The position numbers and the translations under genes were made by a program. Positions 1-8,007 of a DNA stretch of 64,000 bases are shown here, piece after piece (position 1 is the stretch's first letter; each line of letters starts with the position of its first letter). Location of the stretch: the NCBI RefSeq assembly GCF_965208475.1, contig NZ_OZ242338.1:1426782-1490781 (forward strand). Reading direction: 5' to 3'. The notes beneath the pieces are model-generated. The model saw only the letters and a program-made list of their open reading frames with translations. It ran no database searches and had not been told where the DNA came from. The stretch comes from Candidatus Poriferisocius sp. GTDB lineage: Bacteria > Actinomycetota > Acidimicrobiia > Acidimicrobiales > Bin134.

Positions 1-128
1 AGTTGGTCATGGGCAAAGCCGACGGCATCCCGGTGGCCGTCATCCGGGGCATCAACCCGGCCTGGCTCGGGCCAGGCAGCATCCAAGCCGATTTGGTCCG
101 CTCTCCGGCCGAGGACATGTTCCGCTAG
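1..128 (+). CDS. cofE: 3' end of F420-0:gamma-glutamyl ligase (CofE-like), partial, runs off left edge
   Basis: Frame +3 reads LVMGKADGIPVAVIRGINPAWLGPGSIQADLVRSPAEDMFR*. 'GKADGIPVAVIRG' matches the conserved C-terminal CofE/FbiB motif as I remember it. Confidence 0.5.
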   Translation, partial: LVMGKADGIPVAVIRGINPAWLGPGSIQADLVRSPAEDMFR

Positions 129-134
129 CGGTTG

Positions 135-1121
135 TCAGCCTGGTCCCGGCACCCGCTCGCTGCTCAAAACTGCGGCGGGGGCAATAGCCGCGCCGTCTCC
201 CACCACCGAGAGATCGCTGAGCCGGGCCCCGTCTCCGATCTCGGCCCCAAAGCCCACGACAGAGCGCTCGACGGCTGCCCGTCGGCCCACTGTGGCGCCA
301 GGAAGCAGCGCCGAGTTGGTGACCGATGCTCCCGAGGACACCTTCGCTCCCTCCATCACAATCGAACCTGAGACGAAGGCATCGGAATCGATCACTGCCC
401 TCGGGTGGATCCACCCGCCATCCGACAGCGCGAGCTGCACCTCCAGATAGGCCTCGGGAGTGCCGGCATCCACCCAGAATCCCTCCCACGACACGGCGTA
501 CATCTCGCCTTGATCCACCAAGCGGGGAAACACTTCCCGCTCGATCGAGGCCCGTGCGCCCTCGGGCACCGAGCCGAGCGCCGAGGGCTCCAAGGCGTAG
601 ATCCCCACGCTGATCTGGTTGCTGGGGGCCTGCTCGGCCGGGGGCTTCTCCAAGAATGCTCGCACCCGGCCGTCGGGATCGCACACCACCACCCCGTAGC
701 GGGAAGGATCGGCCACTGGGGCCAACGCGATGGTGGCTTGGGCGCTTGCCCGGCGGTGGGTTGCCAGAAGATCAATCAGGGGGAACCGGTTGATCACATC
801 GCCGTTCACCGCGATGAACGTGTCTTGGACGTCGGCGGTGCGGGCCGCGAAGCCAATGGCCCCCGCGGTGTCCAGCGGCTCGGGCTCCACCGCGTAAACC
901 AATTCCACTCCGGCACAGCGGCGCTGGGGATAGGCGGCTTCGAAGGCATCGGGCCTATACCCCAGCGACAGCACCGCCCGGGTGACTCCCTGCTGGCCCA
1001 GCCTCCCCACCACGTGCTCGATCATGGGCCGGTCCACCACCGGCAGCATCTGCTTCGGACGGGTCAGGGTCAGGGGCCGAAGCCGGGTGCCGAAGCCGCC
1101 GACCAGCACAACCGCGTCCAC
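135..1121 (-). CDS. NDP-sugar pyrophosphorylase (mannose-1-phosphate guanylyltransferase-like) with C-terminal left-handed beta-helix
   Basis: N-terminal 'VLVGGFGTRLRPLT..RPKQMLPV' nucleotidyltransferase signature. C-terminal hexapeptide-like repeats (VSGSIVMEGAKVSSGASV...). Confidence 0.85.
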   Translation of the reverse strand: MDAVVLVGGFGTRLRPLTLTRPKQMLPVVDRPMIEHVVGRLGQQGVTRAVLSLGYRPDAFEAAYPQRRCAGVELVYAVEPEPLDTAGAIGFAARTADVQDTFIAVNGDVINRFPLIDLLATHRRASAQATIALAPVADPSRYGVVVCDPDGRVRAFLEKPPAEQAPSNQISVGIYALEPSALGSVPEGARASIEREVFPRLVDQGEMYAVSWEGFWVDAGTPEAYLEVQLALSDGGWIHPRAVIDSDAFVSGSIVMEGAKVSSGASVTNSALLPGATVGRRAAVERSVVGFGAEIGDGARLSDLSVVGDGAAIAPAAVLSSERVPGPG

Positions 1122-1192
1122 TGTGGGCTAGCCCTGTTGCCCAGCAAACGGCCACGCTCGGGCAACCGGGATCATGGCGCGACCCAGCCCAC

Positions 1193-1960
1193 TCAACCGT
1201 CGTCTTCCACCCTGACGCCGGGAACGTTCTCGTCGATACTCTCGTCGAAGTCAACCGGCCCCTCGGGTTGGGAGAGATTGGCCACCAGCGAAGGCGACAC
1301 CCCGAGGAGATCGCCTACGGCGAGGGGCAGCGGCACCTCCGCATCCCGAGGCGCCAAGGCAATGGTGAAGGCCTCGCCGTCCCTCTTGAAGCGGACATCG
1401 CCGAAATCCTCGTAGATCCGCTCGTCGGGCTCGGCGGCGACCGCGGTGAGCGCGCTCGACCAGCGCACGATCTGCATCACAGCCGGCTGCCCATCGCACT
1501 CTGCGCCCACCGCGCTGATCACCCCGAACTCGGAGGCGGTGATGCCGTTCACGTCCATGGTCACGAACATCGACTCGAAGAACTTGGCCATGATGGCGTC
1601 CTCGCCCGCGGCGTTGGCAGTGAACGGGTGGATGTGGATGAGCCCGTCAGAGTGGGAGTGGATGCCCTCGGGGTCGTAGGGATAGCCCTGGCTGTTCTGC
1701 CGACCCTGGAAGATTGCCTGGAACGCGCCCTCGCCATCGCCGGCGGTGCAGTCCCATACTCCATAGGCGGAGTGCCAATGGTCGCTGAGGCCGGGGCGAG
1801 CCTCGGCCTCGCGCAGGAAGCGGGCGTACGCCACCACCCCGATGCCGATCAAGATGATGAGCACCACCACGGCGGGAAAGCCGATAGGCCGCCGCCGCTG
1901 TCCGACGCCGCCCATCGACGCGGCCCGCGCCACCTTTCGAGAACCAGAGGCTCTTGCCAC
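1193..1960 (-). CDS. Membrane-anchored hypothetical protein with His-rich motifs
   Basis: Basic N-terminus followed by one TM helix (FPAVVVLIILIGIGVVAY). Extracytoplasmic part has 'HWHSAYGVWDC' and 'GIHSHSDGLIHIHPF'. Codon usage is consistent with neighbours. Confidence 0.6.
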   Translation of the reverse strand: MARASGSRKVARAASMGGVGQRRRPIGFPAVVVLIILIGIGVVAYARFLREAEARPGLSDHWHSAYGVWDCTAGDGEGAFQAIFQGRQNSQGYPYDPEGIHSHSDGLIHIHPFTANAAGEDAIMAKFFESMFVTMDVNGITASEFGVISAVGAECDGQPAVMQIVRWSSALTAVAAEPDERIYEDFGDVRFKRDGEAFTIALAPRDAEVPLPLAVGDLLGVSPSLVANLSQPEGPVDFDESIDENVPGVRVEDDG

Positions 1961-1991
1961 GGCTGAACAGGCTACCGGCCTGATTGCCCGA

Positions 1992-3251
1992 TCAGCGCAT
2001 CAGCCGCCCGAACAACTCCAAGTACTGCTCGGCCACCTGTTGGGGACCGACGGCGTTTTCGGCGAATGCCCTCCCCCGCCGGCCCATCGCGGCCAGGCCG
2101 GCCGGATCGTCGACCATCTCGGCCACCGCCGCGCAGAAAGCAGCAGCATCGTCGGGGTCGACCGTCCGACCGGCGCCCGAGGCGGCCAGCAGCCGCTCCA
2201 CCTCGCTGCCCCGGTCGACGCTGGCCAGCACCGGACGGCCCGCGGCCAGCACCGAGTACACCTTGGAGGGCACGCTGGACTCGCCCAACCCGGCCCGCAG
2301 CAGAACCAATTGCAGATCAGCGGCGGCCAGCACCTCCCCCAGTCGCTCCGGCGGCTGCCAGCCCACCAGGTGCAGGTTGTCGAGCCGGTCGGCCGCGGCG
2401 GCCACCGGCGAGCGGTTCACCCCGTCGCCGTTGACCACAAACTGGACATCGGTCCGCCCCCAGAGGGCGAATTGCTCGGCCGCGGCCACCACCAGTTCCA
2501 GAGGCTGGGAGTGCCCCAGGTTCCCGGCGTACATGACCACCGTTTTGTCCGAGTCGCCCCCCGGCCCCAAATCGGCCCGGTATGGGTTGTGCCGATCTGA
2601 CGGGGTGATGCGGGCGGGGTCGACCGCGTTGGAGATGACCACCACCTTGTCCGGGCTGTCACTGTCGCCGAGCTTGGCCCGCACGTTGACGGCCATGCCC
2701 TCCGAGAGCACAGTCACCGCATCGGCCCGCCGATACATCCAGCGCTCAAGCCTGCGGGCCGCGGCCACCACCCGGGGGCTGCGCAGAACGCCGGTCTCCA
2801 CCGCGGCATCGGGGAACACATCCTGCACGTTGAACACCAGGGGCACCCTTCCCCGCAGGGCTGCGGCCCATCCCGCAGCCCCCAGAGTGAGCGGGGGCGA
2901 CATGGCGAGCACTGCATCGCAGCGGCGCGCCGCGACGACGGCGTCGGCCCCGGCCAGCACGGTAAACCCGGCGAATGCGGCCGCCCGGGCCGCCAAACGC
3001 CCCTTGTCGGCCGGAAACGGATGCCAGCGCCGGATCCGCCCCCACGATTCCCGCTGGGTCCGAACGAGGCGGCCCGACCATCCCTCGGCCACCGCATGGT
3101 CCCGGTACCACGGAAGGCTGGTCACCACTTCGACCTGATGGCCGCGGGCCGTCCATTGCCCGCAGATAGCGCTAATCACCTCTCCGGTGGGAGCGGAGTC
3201 CGGCTCATAGTGAGGGCACAGCACCAGGATGCGGAGACGATGCCCGCTCAT
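1992..3251 (-). CDS. Glycosyltransferase family 4 (WcaI-like)
   Basis: 'RILVLCPHYEPDSAPTGEV' N-terminus typical of WcaI-type GT4. C-terminal GT1 Rossmann region (VMYAGNLGHSQ...). Confidence 0.8.
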   Translation of the reverse strand: MSGHRLRILVLCPHYEPDSAPTGEVISAICGQWTARGHQVEVVTSLPWYRDHAVAEGWSGRLVRTQRESWGRIRRWHPFPADKGRLAARAAAFAGFTVLAGADAVVAARRCDAVLAMSPPLTLGAAGWAAALRGRVPLVFNVQDVFPDAAVETGVLRSPRVVAAARRLERWMYRRADAVTVLSEGMAVNVRAKLGDSDSPDKVVVISNAVDPARITPSDRHNPYRADLGPGGDSDKTVVMYAGNLGHSQPLELVVAAAEQFALWGRTDVQFVVNGDGVNRSPVAAAADRLDNLHLVGWQPPERLGEVLAAADLQLVLLRAGLGESSVPSKVYSVLAAGRPVLASVDRGSEVERLLAASGAGRTVDPDDAAAFCAAVAEMVDDPAGLAAMGRRGRAFAENAVGPQQVAEQYLELFGRLMR

Positions 3252-3291
3252 GGATCAAACGCCTCGCCACCAAGACCGCTGAGGCGATCCA

Positions 3292-4422
3292 TCATTGCGC
3301 CAGGGAGGCGTAGAGGGCGCACAGCCCCGCGGCCGAGTCGAACTCGGCCAGCTCGCGAACCCTGGACTGACCCGCCTCGACCAGCACCCGGCGGGCGACG
3401 GGATCGGTGGCCAGCTCGCCGATGGCCTCGGCCCACCGGGCATCGTCGTCGGCGGCCAGCAGTCGCCCGCCCGACCCCACCACCTCGGGCAGCGCCCCGG
3501 CACCGGCGGCCACCACCGGACAGCCCCGGGCCATGGCCTCCACCGCGGGGAGGCCGTAGCCCTCGTATTTCGACGGGAACACCGTGGCCACCGCCTGCCG
3601 GTACAGGCCGTCCAACACCGGGCGGGGAATGCGGCCCAGCCGGTGCCAGCGATGCCCTACCCCCAGATCGACGGCCATCTGGTCCAGCTTGGCATCCAGG
3701 GGGCCGGGCGCCCCGGTGACCACCAACTCCACGTCCACCCCGTCGGCGGCCAATCGGGCCAGCGCCCGCAGCAGCACTTCGTGGTTCTTGTGGGGATAGG
3801 CCACCGCCGGATACAGCACGAACGGGTGAGTCAGATCCGGCACGGCAGCGGCCAAGGGCCGGTTGGGTCCGCCAGAGGGCGAATCAACCGGCGCGGGCAG
3901 CACCGCCACCCGGCGGGCATCAGCTCCCAGGCGCTCCACCAAGCGGCGCCGACAGAACTCGCTCACCGTCACAACCGCCTCGGCCCGGCGCACCGACCAC
4001 GGCAGCATCATCCGCAAGTACAGCCGTTTGGTCAAACCGAAGTGCCTGGGATGGTCCAGGGGCTGCAAGTCGTGGACGGTCACTACCGCCGGCCGGATAC
4101 CCGCCCAGGGCACAGTCCCCCCAAAATGGTGGACCACCGCGATGTCGCGGCGACGGCATTGGGCGACCAGCCAGGTGTTCTCGATGAATACCCGCCGCGG
4201 CCGACTCCTCGCCGCCGGCGACTCCACCACCTCGTGGCGCTCGGCCAGCGCCGGTTGAGACTCGGCAAACCCTCTCGGCGCGAACAACGTCAGCCGCGTC
4301 GGCGCGTCCGGCGGAATGGCCGACAGCAGCCTGACCGCATAATCCTCGGCGCCCCCCACTCTGCCCGACCACAGCCACAGCAGGTTCACCCCCACCGAGA
4401 CCGCCAGGTCCGACGCGCCCAT
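3292..4422 (-). CDS. Glycosyltransferase family 4
   Basis: 'FPSKYEGYGLPAVEAMARGCPVVAAGAGALPEVVG' is the GT1/GT4 E-x7-E region. I place the start at ATG 4422 (MGASDLAVSVGVNLLW...), not at the ORF-track 4617, which would overlap the upstream GT. Confidence 0.8.
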   Translation of the reverse strand: MGASDLAVSVGVNLLWLWSGRVGGAEDYAVRLLSAIPPDAPTRLTLFAPRGFAESQPALAERHEVVESPAARSRPRRVFIENTWLVAQCRRRDIAVVHHFGGTVPWAGIRPAVVTVHDLQPLDHPRHFGLTKRLYLRMMLPWSVRRAEAVVTVSEFCRRRLVERLGADARRVAVLPAPVDSPSGGPNRPLAAAVPDLTHPFVLYPAVAYPHKNHEVLLRALARLAADGVDVELVVTGAPGPLDAKLDQMAVDLGVGHRWHRLGRIPRPVLDGLYRQAVATVFPSKYEGYGLPAVEAMARGCPVVAAGAGALPEVVGSGGRLLAADDDARWAEAIGELATDPVARRVLVEAGQSRVRELAEFDSAAGLCALYASLAQ

Positions 4423-4471
4423 CACCCGGCCAGCTCCCGGCACACGCCGGCCAACAGCACCCGATCGCCCA

Positions 4472-5605
4472 TCACCCGGCCAGCTCCCGGTACACATCGA
4501 GAAGCCCGCTTGCCGTGCGCTGCCAGGTGAACTCGGCCAGCGCTCGCTCGCGGCCCTGCTTGCCCAAGCGGGCGGCATCATCGGGGTCGTCGAGCAGCCC
4601 GGCCAGCGCCTCGGCAATCTCCTGCGACCTGGAGGGATCCACCAGCACTCCAGTGGGGCCGGCCACCTCAGCGGTGGCCCCCACCGCCGACGTCACCACC
4701 GGCGCCCCCTGCACCATCGCCTCCAGCACCGGCAGGCCGAACCCCTCGGTCAGGCTCGGAAAGCACACCACCGCAGCGGCCCGCATCAGAGCCCGCTTGT
4801 CAGCCTCAGCCACAAACCCCAGCCGGCGGACCGACTGGCCAGACGAACCCAACGAAGCGCCCAGGCCCGACTGGCCAGACGAACCCAACTCCCCGCCCAG
4901 GCCCGACTTCCACCCCTTTGGGCCCACCAGAACAAGGTCTTCGGCGGTCCGGCCCAGCATCCTCCAGGCCTCGAGCAGCCCGGCCAGGTTCTTGCGAGGC
5001 TCTGCTGTGCCCACCCACAGCACGAACCGATCGGCCAGGCCGAACCTCCGCCGCACCTCGTCGGCCTCCCCCAACGACACCAGGCGGTCGTCAGCCCAAT
5101 ACGGCACCAGGCGCACCCGGTCTCCGTCTATCCCCGCCCGAGCGCAGTCATCGGCCGTGTGCTGCGACGGGCACACCACGAGGTCGGCTTCGGTGCGGGT
5201 CAGATCGAGCGATCGGGCGAAAAACCGCACACCCCGCGGCGTGAAGTGGTCGGGATGGCGCAAGAACGCCAGGTCGTTCACCGTCACCGCCAGCGGCGCC
5301 GTCCGGGGAGGCACCGCCATGCCGGTGGCGTGGATCGCGTCCACCGGCCCCACCGCCCGCTCCAACGAAGGCCGTCGCATCTGGTGCCAGCCCCAGTACA
5401 AGGCGGCTCGGGGCAGCCGAACCGCCTCCACCGAGATGCCGGGAACGAACGGCTCGCCCGCAGGATTTCGATGCCAGGCCGAAACTCCCACCATCTCCGG
5501 CGGCGCCGGCAGCCGCCCCAATGCCTCCACGCATCCCAATGCGGCCGTTGCCGTCCCCCCTGGCACCCGGTGCCAGCACTGCTCCAGCGTGATCGCCACT
5601 CTCAC
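4472..5605 (-). CDS. Glycosyltransferase family 4
   Basis: 'FPSLTEGFGLPVLEAMVQGAPVVTSAVGATAEVAG' GT1/GT4 motif. Contains an in-frame 36-bp tandem duplication (GSSGQSGLGA/SLGSSGQS). Confidence 0.8.
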   Translation of the reverse strand: MRVAITLEQCWHRVPGGTATAALGCVEALGRLPAPPEMVGVSAWHRNPAGEPFVPGISVEAVRLPRAALYWGWHQMRRPSLERAVGPVDAIHATGMAVPPRTAPLAVTVNDLAFLRHPDHFTPRGVRFFARSLDLTRTEADLVVCPSQHTADDCARAGIDGDRVRLVPYWADDRLVSLGEADEVRRRFGLADRFVLWVGTAEPRKNLAGLLEAWRMLGRTAEDLVLVGPKGWKSGLGGELGSSGQSGLGASLGSSGQSVRRLGFVAEADKRALMRAAAVVCFPSLTEGFGLPVLEAMVQGAPVVTSAVGATAEVAGPTGVLVDPSRSQEIAEALAGLLDDPDDAARLGKQGRERALAEFTWQRTASGLLDVYRELAG

Positions 5606-5666
5606 TGCTCTGAGTCTGCCAGCCCCAACTCAATGTGTACGCCGCGGGCCACTAGTGTGACTTCAG

Positions 5667-6644
5667 ATGAGCGGCTTTTGGGTCGGCAAGCGAGTCTTGA
5701 TCACCGGCGGAACCGGATTCTTGGGCCAAGCAGTTTGCCGACTGGTCAACCAGCGGAGACCGGCCTTGCTGGTCGCCCCGTCCAGCGCCGACTACGACCT
5801 GCGCACTGCCGGCGACGCCCGCCGGCTGCTGGCCGAGACCCAACCCGATGTGGTCATCCACCTGGCCGCCCGGGTGGGGGGCATCGGCGCCAACCAGGAG
5901 CGGCCCGCCGACTTGTACCTGGACAACCTGCTCATGGGCACAAACGTCATCGAGCAGTGCCGACTGGCGGGAACCGACCGGCTGGCGGTGGTGGGCACCA
6001 TATGCTCGTACCCCAAGCACACCAGGGTCCCGTTCACCGAGGACTCTCTGTGGACCGGATACCCAGAAGAGACCAACGCCCCCTACGGGGTGGCCAAGCT
6101 GGCCCAGCTCGTGCAGCTCCAGGCCAACCGAGACCAGTACGGCCAGCAGGGCATCTATCTGATGCCCACCAATCTGTACGGCCCGGGCGACAAGTTCCAC
6201 CCGTCGGTGTCCCATGTCATCCCCGCGCTCATCAAGAAATGCGTGGATGCTGTCGAAGCCGGCCACGACACCATCGAGGTGTGGGGCACCGGCACGGCCA
6301 GCCGCGAGTTCCTCTACGTGGACGACGCCGCCGAGGGCATCCTGCTCGCCGCCGAGCACTACCGGGGAGCGGCCCCGGTCAACTTGGGGGCCAACCATGA
6401 GGTCGCCATCAAAGAGCTGATACACGATGTGGCCGAGATCACCGGATTCGCGGGCCGCATCGAATGGGATGGGGCCAAACCCGACGGCCAGCCCCGCCGC
6501 TGCGTCGACCCCGCCCGGGCCAAGGAGCTGTTCGGCTTCGAGGCCACCACCCCGTTCGCCGAGGGATTGGGCCGCACCTATCGGTGGTATCTGGCCAACC
6601 GTCACGAAGCCGAGTCGCGAGGCGCGCCGGAGACCGCGGCGTAG
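5667..6644 (+). CDS. fcl: GDP-L-fucose synthase (GDP-4-keto-6-deoxymannose 3,5-epimerase/4-reductase)
   Basis: 'VLITGGTGFLG' Rossmann motif, 'YGVAK' catalytic YxxxK, and 'NLYGPGDKFHPSVSHVIPALIKK' typical of Fcl/WcaG. Confidence 0.85.
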   Translation: MSGFWVGKRVLITGGTGFLGQAVCRLVNQRRPALLVAPSSADYDLRTAGDARRLLAETQPDVVIHLAARVGGIGANQERPADLYLDNLLMGTNVIEQCRLAGTDRLAVVGTICSYPKHTRVPFTEDSLWTGYPEETNAPYGVAKLAQLVQLQANRDQYGQQGIYLMPTNLYGPGDKFHPSVSHVIPALIKKCVDAVEAGHDTIEVWGTGTASREFLYVDDAAEGILLAAEHYRGAAPVNLGANHEVAIKELIHDVAEITGFAGRIEWDGAKPDGQPRRCVDPARAKELFGFEATTPFAEGLGRTYRWYLANRHEAESRGAPETAA

Positions 6645-7963
6645 TCCGCGCCCACCACCAACTCCACATCGGCGCCGTCGATCTCGCTCACTGGCTCCAA
6701 GAGCGGCGCGGGCACCACATAGCGGGCCAGCGTCTGCGCCTCTTCCTCGAATGCCCCGGTATAGCGAACCACCGTTCTGCCCACGTCGAACCGGTCGGCG
6801 TTGACCCGTTCCACCACGGAGAACCCGGCCCGCTCCAAAGCATCCTCCACCCCGGCCACAGTGCCCGACGCAGTACCGTTCAACACTCGCACCCGGACCC
6901 CGGCCAGGCTCCCCGCCCGGAAGAACTCCAGCACCGGCTGGGCCGCCTCCTCCACCAGCAGAAGCACCTGCTTGCCCTCGATGGTGGCATCGACCACCGG
7001 CAGCTTGCGGCGCTCGATCTGATCAACCTGGAACGACCGGAACTCATCGCCCAAATCCACGAGCTGGCCTACGGTGATGCGGTCGTCCAGGGTGACGCTG
7101 GGGCTGTCGCCGTCCAACAGCTCGTTGGCCACCCGTCGCAGGGTCAGCGGATTGCGGATGCCCTTCTCCACCGCCCGTTTGAGGGTGGCCACCATGAAGT
7201 CCTGCTGGCGCTGGTTGCGCTCCAAGTCGTTCCACACGCCGAGGCGCACCCAATCGTCGTCGACCGCCGGGTTGCCCCCCTCGACCAGCGTCAGCGGTCG
7301 ACGGGTCCGCACATAGGCCAGCGCCGCGTCGGGGTCGAGGGTCACCACCCCGGCCTGCTCGATCCTCAGCCCCACCGAATCGTCCCGGATGGGCTGGGCG
7401 ACATCCACCGGCACCCCGTCTACTGCCTCCACGATCCTGAGGAACCCGGCGAAGTTGATCTCCACGTAGTGGTGGATCGGCACCCCCAGATAATCCGACA
7501 CGGTTTCGATCAGGGTGCCGGGCCCGCCAATGCCCCTAGCGGCGTTCACCCGCTCGCTCCATCCCTTGCCGGCGATCGGCAGCCACAGGTCGCGGGGGAT
7601 CGACAGCATCGCCACCCGGTCGGCATCAGGATCAATGCGCACCAGGATCACCGAGTCGGTCAGCAGGGTGTTGACGTCCCGGTCGATGTGAATCGGGCTG
7701 TCGGGGTCGATCCCCGCAGCACTGTCCACCCCCACCAGCAAGAAGTTCTGGGCCTCCGAGTCGCTCTGCTCTTCGGAGGACAGCGAAAGGCCTACCGACA
7801 CCCGGGGAATCTTGCTTATCTGAGATTTCACCACGGCCAGCCCCGCCGCCCCGCCCACCGCGGCGGCGAACACCAGCAATCCGGCGACCACGATCGCCAA
7901 TTGCCCCCTTGTCCTCTTCCGCGCTCTCTTCCTGCGACCCATCGCCTGCCAGTGTAAAAGCAA
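6602..7963 (-). CDS. LytR-CpsA-Psr (LCP) family cell-wall glycopolymer ligase with LytR_C domain
   Basis: N-terminal TM helix. 'FLLVGVDS...TDSVILVRIDPDADRVAMLSIPRDLW' LCP core. C-terminal 'VRVRVLNGTASGTVAG' LytR_C-like region. Confidence 0.85.
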   Translation of the reverse strand: MLLHWQAMGRRKRARKRTRGQLAIVVAGLLVFAAAVGGAAGLAVVKSQISKIPRVSVGLSLSSEEQSDSEAQNFLLVGVDSAAGIDPDSPIHIDRDVNTLLTDSVILVRIDPDADRVAMLSIPRDLWLPIAGKGWSERVNAARGIGGPGTLIETVSDYLGVPIHHYVEINFAGFLRIVEAVDGVPVDVAQPIRDDSVGLRIEQAGVVTLDPDAALAYVRTRRPLTLVEGGNPAVDDDWVRLGVWNDLERNQRQQDFMVATLKRAVEKGIRNPLTLRRVANELLDGDSPSVTLDDRITVGQLVDLGDEFRSFQVDQIERRKLPVVDATIEGKQVLLLVEEAAQPVLEFFRAGSLAGVRVRVLNGTASGTVAGVEDALERAGFSVVERVNADRFDVGRTVVRYTGAFEEEAQTLARYVVPAPLLEPVSEIDGADVELVVGADYAAVSGAPRDSAS

Positions 7964-8007
7964 GCACCCCTTTCACAGAGGCAGCCCCGCCGAGCTAAAA
8001 GACGGAC

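Noticed and set aside
3292-4617. 441-aa version of the second GT4 gene
   Set aside because: The first 65 residues (MPRRWPGCSTTPMMPPAW…) overlap the upstream GT in another frame and look non-protein-like. ATG 4422, which lies at the duplicated junction sequence, gives a normal GT4 N-terminus.
7944-7952. 9-nt inverted match (gtaaaagca versus tgcttttac at 14681-14689) as possible terminal repeats of the defence island
   Set aside because: The match is only 9 nt, the left copy lies inside the LCP coding region, and it is within chance expectation for the windows compared.
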